A stretch of DNA of 64,000 bases from Anthoceros angustus (taxonomy: Eukaryota; Plantae; Anthocerotophyta). Position 1 is the stretch's first letter. Every line of letters begins with the position of its first letter. A program made the translations under genes and the position numbers. Of this stretch, positions 11,619 through 23,994 are shown one piece after another. The DNA lies in assembly GCA_010909165.1 (NCBI GenBank), contig VJWM01000179.1, forward strand, positions 1-64,000, in the 5' to 3' direction. The notes under the pieces were generated by a model, which saw only the letters and a list, made by a program, of their open reading frames with translations, had not been told where the DNA came from and did no database searches.

Positions 11619-13639
11619 AGGCAGGAGGGCGGGCCCGCAGAGCGAAACCTTGAGTAACTGAACTGGCTCGCCCTCGCCCTCGCCCACGCCCTCGCCCGGC
11701 TGCCTCACAGCCTCAGCCTGAACGCGCTCATCACCAGCGGTCCGACAATCCACCTGCCGCCTCAGTTCCAGGACCACATCCCCCCACCCCCAAGCCCACG
11801 CCCCTCCTTCTGTAGCCGGTTGCGCGAATTGGGCACCTGTACTGTTCTTTCCCACAAAGCTGCCCAGCTCAGCAATTGGCGCGCGGGTGCGCCAACTCGG
11901 CACCTTCCCTATCTTGGAGTGTGGAGAGAAACCCAAATCCGCAATCCCACACAAGGCAAGCCCAAGCCAAGCCAAGCCCAAGCCCAAGACGCCCAGAGGG
12001 AGGCGGTGGCTCTCAAATCCCAAGCCGCCCTAGCTGTAAGACTGATAGTTGTTGTCACTGCTGCTGTGGCCGCTGCTCCAACGGCAGGAAGGCGCAATGT
12101 GGCTGGCACACGGGCGGCAGCATCTCGCGGTTGGCGACGTCCCGTGGATGGCGCACGCCGGGGCCCGGGCTGCAGCGGCTCTCTCGCACCACACCGGACT
12201 GGCACTCCGCACAGCAGTGAAAGGGCCCACGTTGGACTCGTTATGTACGTACAACTGCAGATATTTACTCTTCTCCGTCTGTTATCGTCGCATTTGGTGC
12301 TTCGTGCAGGCGGGCCCAAGCGTGGGAGGGAACTTGGGAGCCTTGGCTCGCTCACTTGCTTGTCATCCCTCGTAATCACCCGCAGCTCCACCCACTGTCT
12401 TGACACAAAACCGGAATCTACGTATGACTTTTCTTTTTTTAGCGGAACGAAATCTCAAGCTACATATGTAGGTACATATTCTCGCCTTTCTTCCTGGCCC
12501 TTACTTGGGACCTCGGATCTCGCTCCTTTTCGAAGTATATATGAAGGAGAGAGTGAGACTTTTTCCCCTAAATGGAAATTGGAAGAAATTATTCCAATTC
12601 GGTTAAAATTTTTAATACAGTTATACCTTCTTAAATAAATTATTAGATATATATTTATAAAAATTTTAACAAAAAATAATGCAGAATAGGTATTGAGACT
12701 CGTTAGACTCTAAGTATGGTTGAAGGCTTCTAAGCATGGTTCATTTCTTTACTATAAATAAAGGCTTTTTCTAAGTCGTTTAGAGAGAGTGTGGGGTAGG
12801 TAGGAGGGTTGTAGTGATTATTTTTATTGAAATAATCACTACAGGCTCATGTAAGTTCCATATTTGTTGATCAAAAGTTTTTTCAGACACGAAAATTCCT
12901 TCTAGGGTATAGCCAACAAGGAAACACCCTCCCCTCCCCTCCCCTCTCTCTCCCCCAAAGTCTCCTCATCTTATCATTGAATGATTGTAGGAAAATGAGT
13001 TCAGCCCAAACCCGAGTAAAATTTTGGAACACAACTTGTCCAAAAATATATGGAAAAGATGAGGTCAAAATAATATAGTAAAAATTAATATTTTATTGAT
13101 CTCTGGACATATAAAAACAGAAATACACACCCAAATAATGAAAACCCGATAAAGACGGGGTGGTAATTTCTCACACCGTCCTTTTCCCCTCCCACCTTTT
13201 CACTACCTACAATGGTTTAAATGAAACAGCAAACAACCATGGATAGTTAAGTGATGGGCAAAGCAATTGTGAACATTTCTAGAAGTTAGAATACTAATGA
13301 CCAGTGACAAGAGGTTGTACCACAAGCCATGCTCCAGCACAACAGACTTGTTTATTATTTCTCATGTGCTCCTCATAGTTTGGAGGCACACCTTCCTAGA
13401 AACAACTTGCTGTTGTCCTGGGACCTCTCACACCCTATGACGACCACACTTCTCGAAGGTAGTTTCTAGTAATGCAACAAGAGTCATCATAATATTGCTT
13501 CACACTTTCTCCTAACAAAGTCCCTCTAATGGTCATGATCCTAAACAATTTATTAACAACCATGCATTTTGTATAGGCAGAGTAAATCGGTCGAATGACA
13601 TACAATAACCTGAGTGTTCATGTTTATGAAGATGATTTA

Positions 13640-16600
13640 TTGAGGTGAAAGAACGATGGAAAGAGACCATCTAGGAAGGGACAACAAATGGGGACCCGGG
13701 GGTCGGAGTGAAGAGGAGCAACTGAGCTCCCTACCTAAAGTGACCAATCGCACCCACAATGTCATGCGGTAGAATAAGCACGCAAACCACGGAGGAAGAG
13801 GAAAAGGCATCACCCACCGTCGCCTTATGGAGAATCGCCGTTGAGGCGCCGTTGAAGAGCAATAGAAACCAGCCGGAGTATCTTTGTGAAATCTGAGACG
13901 ACCACACTATGCTGCGCATGGTAAGCTTTGGCACAAGACTTGATGAATTTGTCAAAGTCCTCGACCCCCATCGTTTCTAGAGCAAGCGGGATAAAGAGGT
14001 GGCCGCTTGCATCTATACTTGCGGACCTTGAGAGCCGCGCAGCGGCCCGGCTGGATTGGTGATGACTGGCGGAGGTGGCGTCACGTGCGGTCGATAACCA
14101 CTACATCCGCCACCACAACTGGTCGCCACGGACAAGGTATAAGTCATACGATTGAGCGACCTGTAAGAAGAGTATACTCCGCTCCCTCCGGGCCATATAG
14201 CCACTTTCGCGAGCAATGGCAAACATGGCGTCACGGATGGCGTCGTGGAGTGGCAATCGATGACCCGTGGGGACAACGAGCAAGGTGGACACGAGCGTCA
14301 AGCGAGCCGCACTCACAAGTGAGGCGAAGAAGCCACAGTGGAGTAGGCCGAGGCGGAATCGCATCGCGATAGTGAAGGTGGTTGGTGCGATGTGAAATCC
14401 CGTATGCATGGGCGGGCGGTAGCCAACTGCTCCTTCCCGAACAAGAGCGGGCGCTCTAGTGGACAGAGATGGAGGGTCTGGAGGATGAAAAGCTGGCCGC
14501 TTGCATCCTGCTATACTTGCGGACCTTGAGCGGAGGCGGCGGCCGGCACAGGCGGTTGGTGATGACACAGGCGGAGGTGGCGTCACGTTAACCACTACAT
14601 CGCCACCACAACGGTCGCCACGGACAAGGTATAAGTCATACGATTGAGCGACACCTGTGAAGAGTATACTCCGCTCCCTCCGGGCCATATAGCCACTTTC
14701 GCGAGCAATGGCAAACATGGCGTCACGGATGGCGTCGTGGTGGCGATGACCCGTGGGGACAACGAGCAAGGTGGACGTCAAGAGCGAGCCGCACTCACAA
14801 GTGAGGCGAAGAAGCCCATGGAGTAGGCCGAGACGGAATCGCATCGCGATAGTGAAGGTGGTTGGTGCGATGTGAAATCCCGTATGCATGGGCGGGCGGT
14901 AGCCACTGCTCCTTCCCGAACAAGAGCGGGCAGCGCTCTAGTGGACAGAGATGGAGGGTCTGGAGGGAGAAAAGCTGGCGGCGCTTCTCGGCGAGATGCA
15001 CGCAATCCCTAAAGCCGCCATGATAAATGTAGAAAGGAGGAAGTCCTTAGAGCATCTGCGATAACATGTCTCGGCACGCCTCAAGGCGATTGGAGAGAAG
15101 GTTCCCTCCTCCACACTTGATACGAGATCCTCGAGAAAGGGCTTGTCATGGAGGATGAAGCAGGAAGCCAAGGCAGGCGGAGGGCCCAACTCCCAAGAAA
15201 GCCGGGAAGAGACCTCGATGAGCGGTCCTCGCCTCCAAATTGCAGGCGGGGATGCTTGCAGTGCGGGCGCCCAGGGCACTCAAAAGCCCCAGCCCAAGAT
15301 GTCCCCAAGAGTATCCATAATCTTCGTATCAAACCCGGGCCGGGACAAAAGGACCGAGGCGGGCGGCTCTGGATGAGGTACCAGGCGCCTAGCAAAAGCA
15401 GAAGGAAAGGATTCCAAAGGCCACAGGCATCCTCCGGCAAAGGAGGTCTTCAATATGGGAGAGGTCCTGCAAGGGCCTTGTCCGAGCTCCCAATGAAGTC
15501 GGGAACCAAAGGGGACCCCAAGAATCCATGAGACCAAGAGCCGGAGCAATCTCCCAGCAGAAGCTGCAGTGGCGGGATCCCGCAGACGGAGCACTTGGAC
15601 ATCTTGACCTTCAAGCCCACCAACGAAAGCTCTAAGAGAATATCTCAAAGGCCTCCTTGACTTTGTCCCAGGCGAGGATGTGAGAATCGTGCCGAAGGAA
15701 GACACGCTGGAGAGGCGGCCCTAGGCAGGCCCTATAGTGAGCAATAGCGAAGAGCCTAGCGGGTCGCCTTGCACAGTACATGTGGATTCAAGGCAGGCAG
15801 AAACACGAGACGTTCTTGTCTTTGGTAGTAGAGGTTGGAGGACCTCCGTAGAAGCAGGACAAAGGGTATAAGACTCCCTAGGGCCTGACATCCCTAAGCT
15901 CCTCAAAGATGACGCTCGGAAATGGTATTGAAGGCGTTCTCGACATCCACTGTAAGACTACCCAATCCGGGTGGGTATCAAGGCAAGCTTTCACCCCTAG
16001 CACCAGACTCGCGGCCCTGTAATGCCAAATTGAAGGGGTTGAAGTCTTTGGAGAAGGGAGCGGCACTGCGATAGTCGGTGAGTAGCCGCATGAAGGCCTC
16101 CCAACCAGTGGGCGCCGCGAGCAGGCGAGCTTGTCCATAGCGACAAGCCTACTAGCCGCAAACATGAAATCCGGTGAGGCATCTCTCCACGAGCCACCGC
16201 GGCCCGGAGAAAAGAGCTCGGAAAGCCGCTAGATGGATCTTGGAGAAAGAGGTCCCTAAGGTGTTCGAACACCATTCCCGACAAACCGGCAGATGAAAGG
16301 CGAGGGTTGTGGAGAGCGAGCAAAAGCCGCCGGTCCGAGGAGAAGGGATCCTCGGGACATAGTCGGATATGTCCGGGGAATGGCATCCTTAGGTGGCGGA
16401 TGGAGGCACGGAGGCAGCAATTGTCTCTTGAGCGGAGGCCGGAGGGCGGGTCGAAGAGCCCTAGCGGCGAGCATATTCACCCGGCCAACAACTTGGCGTA
16501 GGTTTGTTGCATTACCGGTACTGTTCAAGCTGCGGCAATTCCGCCGGGACTTGGCGGCCTGACCTCCTCAAGAGCCGATCGCCCGGCCAACGCGAGCTCG

Positions 16601-17320
16601 CAACTTCACGGTGCCGGCTCCCCTAGTGCAAGACACCATCGGGAGAAGAAGGAGGAGACACCAAGCTAACTCATCCTGGGGATCGAGTGCAAGGCGATCT
16701 AGGGGAAGACCAAATGCCAGACGGGCATCATCGTGAAGGTGCCGAGGAAGCCTGCGGAAGATGCGTGGACATGGAAAGCGGGTTTCGAACATCCCAAGGA
16801 TGTGATCCTGCTGACTCCGCAACCATTCCCAGGAAGAAAGAGGCACCACAAGGAGAAAGCTCATGCGGGCGGCGGACGTGGAGGAGGTCGCAGCGTGCAC
16901 TTGGGCAGCCCAGGTAGTCTGGTCGAAATCTTTATGCATGTGCCCGAGGTGAGTTTTCACCCCCTTGACGCCGATGAGTTGAGCCTGAGGACAAGGAGTG
17001 TCCTTGGATCACGGAGGTGTGGATCGCCCCATTGGATGGGGGCGAAAAGGGCAAGCGCCCGGTTGAAGGGTATGAGGGCCGAAGAGTCGGACCGAGGGCA
17101 AAATGACCCACTGGACCGGACATCTGAGTTGAGCTCCGTATGGCGAACCCCAAAAGGCCGGCCAAAGGGCCCACCAAGAGGGGTGCAACCCAGGACCACG
17201 CCAACCACCAAACTAACGCCCACACCTTTCGGCACCCAAAAGCGGCGGGAGATCCCCATGGCGGAAGAAGCCCAAGCGGATAAGCGATCAGATGAAAATG
17301 GACTCACGAACATGTAATAG
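13640..17320 (-). mobile_element. Near-full-length, frameshifted CRE-like non-LTR retrotransposon (Zn finger - RT - restriction-like endonuclease)
   Basis: N-terminal KTHLGHMH (C2H2 tail). RT-like blocks GMVFEHLRDLF, ASRLVAMDK, HPDWVVLQ, QGDPLG. C-terminal MRFRLGL..CECG..HDAIRD..E..DL..VNV (CCHC + RLE) and LVSIALQR. No APE domain and no LTRs seen. Confidence 0.8.
14005..14990. repeat. ~480 bp tandem duplication of the RLE-coding segment
   Basis: MHTGFHIAPTTFTIAMRFRLGLL...HDAIRDAMFAIARESGYMARRERS appears twice; the DNA copies are near-identical apart from indels. Confidence 0.9.
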
Positions 17321-17339
17321 AGCTCACAACAATCACACA

Positions 17340-17600
17340 ATCAACGAACCATCAATCAATCGCAACATCTAGGGCCTAGCAGCACCTAGGGCATAACACT
17401 CAACGCAACATCTAGGGCCTAGCATTCAACACCTAGGGCATAACACTCAACGCAACATCTAGGGCATAACATAACCGCAACATCTAGGGCCCGGCATCAC
17501 GCAACACCTAGGGCATAACACTCGCAACATCTAGGGCCTAGCATTCAACCGCAACACCTCTGGAATAACACTCAGCTGTAACATCTAGGGCCTAGCATTC
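17340..17600. repeat. Short tandem repeats at the 5' end of the retroelement
   Basis: Alternating gcaacatctagggcctagca and gcaacacctagggcataacactc units, about 9 ctaggg cores. Confidence 0.85.
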
Positions 17601-18158
17601 CAAGTAACCAATATATATAAGATTAACTCCTGCACATGTAAGCTGCAGCTACACTCAAAGCGCCAATATAATGAGCTTGTAATTGGATAACATCCCTTAT
17701 CTTCACCTCGATTCGAATGTGAAAATATCTTCCCAATCATTGGCTCATTCCATATAGCTTAAGAACGCATGTCACCCAAGATGTACCATGCCTTGTCAAT
17801 CTTCACTTTATCCTCAAAAGGTTCTATGCCTTCGGATCTTCAATTTATCCGCCAACGCACATATTCCACCGAGGGTTTCAACCCCTAGTTCTAAATCAAC
17901 CAGATCCAGCTCCGGTCTTTAAATAATAAGTTCATATGCTCCCTTGATATATAAGGCTTAACATCTTGAGGATAGAGGAGCCCTAGCCAAGAACATTGCT
18001 CTCGATGACATCGCATAGAAGCTTTGTGATGGATATATGATATTTGAATATAGTGGAGCTCACATACATCAAGATTGAATATATAGATCCGCGAGCGAAG
18101 AGAGCACCGCCTCAGCAAACCACTCCCAAGATAGGTCCTACACAGGAAGGAACACAAC

Positions 18159-18302
18159 TCTCCACAGGAAGGAGCACCACCACTCACGGAAGGAACACCA
18201 CCACTCTCCACGGAAGGAACATCTATCTCCACGGAAGGAGCACCACCACTCTCCACAGGAAGGAGCACCACCACTCTCCACAGGAAGGAGCACCACCACT
18301 CT
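18159..18302. repeat. ~25 bp minisatellite (~6 copies)
   Basis: Unit ctccac(a)ggaaggagcaccaccact. Confidence 0.9.
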
Positions 18303-18354
18303 CATGTTCATGTTTATTATGTGTGGCTATATTGTATGTTGAATGAACTTAAGC

Positions 18355-18890
18355 TAATAGAAATTGGGTCACCCTATCTTGTAAAGCAAAATATTTTCTG
18401 TGTGACTAAATTTTATGCTTGTATTGGCATACTTGGTTAGCATGGTTTCACATTAGTTACCAACAAGGCTTGACATTTGTTTATTCGTCTTGAGACCTTG
18501 GCCTAGTGCCCCTTGGCGGGCAGCCACGGGGGCTAGTCCCCCTTGGCCAGGTGCCCTTATGTGGATTTTTCCCCCTTGTCACGGGGTAGATGGAATTTCC
18601 CCAACTCTTTTTTTGCAATAAAGCCTTCAAGGTCTACTTTGCTAGTCTTGAGACCTTGGCCTGTGCATACTTTGGCCCGAAATTGGGTCACCCTATCTTG
18701 CCGAGTGACATATTTTCTAGGACTAAATTTTGTGCAGCTAGCCATAGCTATTTTGCTAGCTAAGCATGGCAATTTTGTGCTATTTTCTATGTGACTAAAC
18801 CATGCCTAGCTAGCATGGTTTTACATTAGGTGCCAAGAATGCTTGACATTTGTTTTTCAAGTCTTGAGACCTTGGCTTGTGCATGCTTTG
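18355..18890. repeat. Degenerate internal duplications, likely a non-autonomous TE relic
   Basis: aaattgggtcaccctatcttg, gcttgacatttgttt and gtcttgagaccttggc each recur 2-3 times. Confidence 0.6.
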
Positions 18891-19512
18891 GTCGTTACCC
18901 CAGACACGTATAATAAAATTGCCGTTTAACCGACAGTCCGTCAAACAATCTATATAGTATTTGTCCACAGTGACCAGGTTTCGGTGGCAGACGTGGTGGT
19001 TAGTGACCCTGCTCGAGACACTATCTCCGCTCAGGTTACCACTAACTGTCTCAGTTAGCTGCCGCTTGATCTGTGACTCTCAAGGTCGAAGTATAGTGGA
19101 TGCAAGGGGGTCACTTCTTTATTCCGATCGCACTCGAAACGTATGGGGCAATGGCTATAGACTTCGATCAATTTCTCAAGTCCGGTGCCAAATCCTACCA
19201 CACTCCGGTGCCAAATCCTACCACACCGCAGGCATGGCGCGGGGTTGTCCCTTCCTTATTTTATAGCTTACTTTAGACAGCAAGTCTCCATTGCACTTCA
19301 AAGGGCACTCTCCATGGCAATCCTTCACAATCCTTCGTGACAATCCTTCCTCTTTTTTTACCTTGACCCTCGAGGTCCACCTTCATTGTCCGGTGCTGGA
19401 TGGATTTATTCCCGTCGCTTTTCCTCAATAAAACATTATAGTATAATTCATTCAATATTAAATTGATAAATTTTCGTGAGAGATTGGTGCAGCACTCATA
19501 CACCTATTATTC

Positions 19513-22500
19513 CTAACACGTACCACCGAAGTAATCAACAATAGTCCTTTGTCTTTTCAAGGCAATGGGGCTAAGGGCGGAGGAGAGAGGCTTCGGACTG
19601 CGAATATATCTCCTCTCGCCAAGTTCGGCGCTGTTCACGTCCAGATTCATGAGAGGGCTCTCTTCCTCTGTCTCTGTTGCTAGCCCATGGATGGCCCCAA
19701 CCTTGCGGTGGCAGGGGAGGTTCTCCTTGCCGCTGCTGCCCTCCTGCATCACATGGAAAGTTGGAGTGTTTGGACAACTTGCTTCAAGGCCGGTTGTGAT
19801 TCCAACGGGATTGGCGCACACTCTCCTGCGCATTGCGTGTGTGGGCGGCTGTTGTCGCTGGAATTGGGCTTCAGTGGCGCTCCACACGCGCACCTATGAT
19901 TTCAGAGATGAGTGACGGTTGTCTCGTCAAACCTCACTAAAAGAGAAGTGAAGGCAAAGACGGATCTACCACGCACCGTGTAATCGTCCGAGCAGGTTGC
20001 GATTTTGCAAAAGTCAGTAGGACACCTGTTGACAAGCAGTCACGAATGGTTACTGTGGGTCTTAGCTTTCAGGAAACTTTTCAGAGGACAGAGGCGTACC
20101 AGTCGACCGCTGTGACCTCGCCTCCATGTCCTTCCAGAATCACCGGCTCATCATCGGGCCCGTCCACCTGGACGAAAGCACTTGTCCAACTGAGCTTAGG
20201 CTGACTGCAAAATCTACGAATTCCGTGGTGTGTTACTGTACCTTCCATATGAAGACATTGCCATCTGTGGAGCCGCTCAGTATATGAGTGCCTTCGGGAC
20301 TGAATGCAGCCTGCAGTAGATGCGAAATTCCTGTTCATATCATGAATAATTGAAAGCAAACTACGGAAGTCAACAGCTTACGAGACACACCTTGATGTAG
20401 AAGGACTTGATGACATGGCCGGAGAAAGTTTTGGAATGCCCTTTTTCGGCAGCAAGGACATCGAACATGTATATCCTGTAAAAGCAGAAGCTACATAAGC
20501 CAATCACATGGGTCATTTCGGTGAAACGTGAAACAAGAAACGACGAAGCTACAACCTGCTATCCGTGCTGGAAGCAATGATACTTGTGCCAGATGGATCT
20601 TGCGATAAACCTGCAATGCCATGCACGCGGCCCTGGCGCCAAAACCCACCCCGTAGGATTCTCAGTGTCTACGATGCGGAAGTCACTCCTAGAATTGCGC
20701 CGGAACAGGAAAGGGGCGACCTGTTTTGCTTACCGAAGAGTTAGGGACCTGCGCAGGACTTTGCATGACAGGCTGCTTCAAACTTCTGACGTCCCAGAAC
20801 TTCAAGGCTCTGCAGGTGCCGTGTGAGAGCAAAGCTTGACACCGAAAACACTCCTGATTTAAAATCCTTCAGGGACCAACCACTGGTGATTCCAAGTAGA
20901 AGTGACACGCACCCATCGGCAGCTCCAGCACTGGCCAGCAGACATTCGTCCTTCAGGTACAGCACTGCGGTTATGCTATTCACGCTCATCTGTATTCACG
21001 TGATTAAAGTGGCAGTCAGCACTGCTCCTTGTTCATGATAGTAGGGTGAACTCAATGCAGCGAAGAGGGCACTCCGGAAGCATACACTGCAAATACATGG
21101 TTGGTATAAGCATACTGCAAGAAACATCGGAACTGCACCTTTTGTCGGGACCGCTTGTGGTTGGGAATTACATGGGCATCTTTGATCAGGGCAACTGGAC
21201 TGTTGCACAAAGGGAGAAGGAAGGTAATTTAGTGCCCCATACATTGAGGGCGCTAGCAGCAAGTGCTTGGCTGGCAGCATTTGGGAGAGGTTAATGAACC
21301 AACCAGAGATACGCAATGTACCTTAGAGAGGAGGCCGGAGACGACGAAAGACACCGAGCATCCCAGAAGGCAATATTTCCATCCCTTGCTCCAGAAACAC
21401 ATAAATCTGTTCGCCCAGAACAAAAGAAAACAGCGGAAATTTTCAAAAAAAGGCCTTGCTGCATCATCGACAAACAGTGAGCAGGTAAGCCCTCTAAGAG
21501 TCTCGTGCCAACCTGGTTGTGAAGGATGACCACAGACCGATTTAACACTCCCAGAGTGACCCTTCATAACTGTGACTCGCTTGTGTGTCTCCACATCCCA
21601 TAGTCGAACCTGCAGAGCACACCACTACGTCAGAAATAATTTCGGACCTTGTAAGCGGTGACGTAGACAAGTATCTCGCTGTGCTTGAGATGAGCATGTC
21701 GATTCAAACTCTCGGACACCCTACGCCCCCTAATTTACAAACAGCCTGAGCTTCAAGCATACCGTTTGGTCTCCAGAAGCAGTCAGCATTCTTGTGTCAT
21801 CCTGCCATGTACATGAGACTCTTGAGATTATAGATATCCTAGCACATTAAAAAAGAAATGAGAGAATCCTGCACGCACCTGCAACCAGCAGATGTCAAAA
21901 ATGGCGTTGCTGTGAGCGAGCCACGTCTGCAACCGAAACTCATCTGCGTACCGAGGGCGTCAGTTAACAAAAACACTAGATTGTGACAGCGCAGCCAGCA
22001 CCGACTCGGAGCAAGCAACGACGTCAGGTACCCGTCCGAGATGCACTGTCCAGGCGGGAAGGCAGCCGACGGCGTGTGTTGAACATGCTAACATGGCCCT
22101 CTTCATCAGCAACGGCCAAGTAATGACCATCTCCTATTATCTGCAATTCCAAGCCAATGCGTGGGGAAATCAAAATACTTGCAGAAACGCGACACCTGCG
22201 CTACTGCAGTAGTAAAGCTCACACACTGATAGCCGTCTCACAACACCATGATGGAGGCAAACTTCGTCTCCAGTGAGTACCTTGCTGAAAGCGATGGCTA
22301 GCGGAGGAGCTGCTACAGCCTTCGTATCGAGCTGCAAAACCCCGGATCCTTCCCCGACATTATCCGACGACAGGCTCCCCAGATGCGGGCGCAACGAAAC
22401 TGAAAAGGGAGAAGGCCCTTGATGCGTCAGACAACAAATCCGGAAGTGCAGCAGACTGTCCCATGCCACGCCACGCCATGCCACCATTCCATCCACTGAC

Positions 22501-22609
22501 CTCTATCATGCCGAATTTCCCTGGCCGTCACGGCGTGGAAGATGGATGCCCTGCCGGCCCGCCTGGCAAACCTCGAGGCAGGCGGAGATGGCTCCTCCAG
22601 GGCACCCAT
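19513..22609 (-). CDS. CDT2: Denticleless/CDT2 WD40 protein (CRL4 substrate receptor), multi-exon
   Basis: WD40 exons read [75 protein letters not shown]-terminal PIP box QRTIVDYF. Confidence 0.9.
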
Positions 22610-22786
22610 AACTCAAGCATCACCGATCTCCACCAGAACCAGATGATCTGGAACACTCCATCGCCACAGCTGAACTCACATTCGATGTCTCACAGGAGGC
22701 AGACACAGAGGCCACAAAACATCGTCCTCGCTTTCACACAATCTCCAGGCCGAGAGGCGAGCTGCTGAAGGCGGGGAGCAAATTGT

Positions 22787-22795
22787 GGCGGGAAA
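22787..22795 (-). promoter_or_regulatory. Canonical E2F site in the CDT2 / ARID divergent promoter
   Basis: ggcgggaaa is the reverse complement of TTTCCCGCC and lies ~180 bp upstream of the CDT2 ATG. A second E2F-like ttttcgcg lies near 22975. Confidence 0.65.
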
Positions 22796-23994
22796 CACCA
22801 AATTTCGTACTCCCGGTTAGTTGACATGATGAGGGTTAACAGTGCGGCATTAAACATTTGCTAGACTGAAACACTAAACACTTGGTAGAGCATGTACTGA
22901 CTTGACACTTAAATGCGGACACAAAGTGAAAAGTATAAATACAATTTAATAAGGCAAAGGGTGAGCCGTTTTTATTTTCGCGAAGTAGCTTTCTCTGTTC
23001 TGCTCTCCTGTCTCGCCCGTAGGCCTGGGACCCTGCACAGTACTGCAAGCCTGGGTCCTTGGTCCCCGTAGCCTCTACATGTCTGGACGCCATAGCTGAG
23101 CATTCTGTGCTGCCGTGCCTCAATTTTCCAGCTCTGCTCTTGTTGGTGCTGTTGGCATCGGCGCGGCTGACCGCTGCGGAGCCCTTCCCGGCTCCGCTGC
23201 TTTCCGTGCCCTCGCTGGGCCTTGGCTGGAGCGTGCTGAGGTATGCCCGCAGCGGCTCCAATTTCCAGGTCCTGCTAGGCGCCGTGGCATGCGCTGTGTG
23301 TGCTGTGCTTGCTGCTGCTGCGTCGCGGGTTTACGCCTGCGCAATTGAAGTGTGCGGGGCACGGGGTGGTAGTGAGGTTTCATTGTCTTGTATTCTTTCT
23401 GTTGCAGCTGCGGGGTGAGGACTGGAGTTGCTCCGAATTTTCATGCTACACTCCCTGGCTGCGGTTGTAATGTGAAGGGCTGTCTACCGTGGCATCCGCT
23501 TCGCCCGCGCGTAGGGGGTTGCATTTCCGGCCTCCCGGTAACGGCTAGGGTGCTGCTTGTTGCTTTTCGTCGTCTGTTCTGTGGCTATACAATTGTACTT
23601 GCTGGAGCGGGGTCGTTTTACGGAGGGTGTTTCAAGGAGGACTTGCTGATTGCTTTGTCTTGGCTGGCCTGGCGCCTTACTTGCTTCGCTGCTGGTCGTC
23701 ACCATGTCTGCGGTTGGGTGCATCTTGCTAGCTTCTGGAAACCTTGTATCGAGGCAGGTGGTGTACATTGGGACCCGTGGCAGCTGGGAGTTTTTGTCGT
23801 GTCATGTTGTGTGCCATGGGATAGAGCTTGGACTGTGCTGTACGGAAGTGGCCGTTGTCGGGCATTAGAAGTATGGTGCCTCATTGCAGTGTTTGGTAGC
23901 TAACTTTGCTAACCTTGCCACTGGTGCAACGTGGCAGGTGGAAGAGCAGCTTGTCAGACTCACTGGTATCAGAGCGGCTTAACGGTGGGAAGGA

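Noticed and set aside
13230-13560. Possible hAT transposase remnant (HNCFAHHL, minus strand)
   Set aside because: One short motif amid stop codons; insufficient support.
17620-18040. Possible LINE zf-RVT 3' fragment (AWYILG..AIWNE)
   Set aside because: Too degenerate to support.
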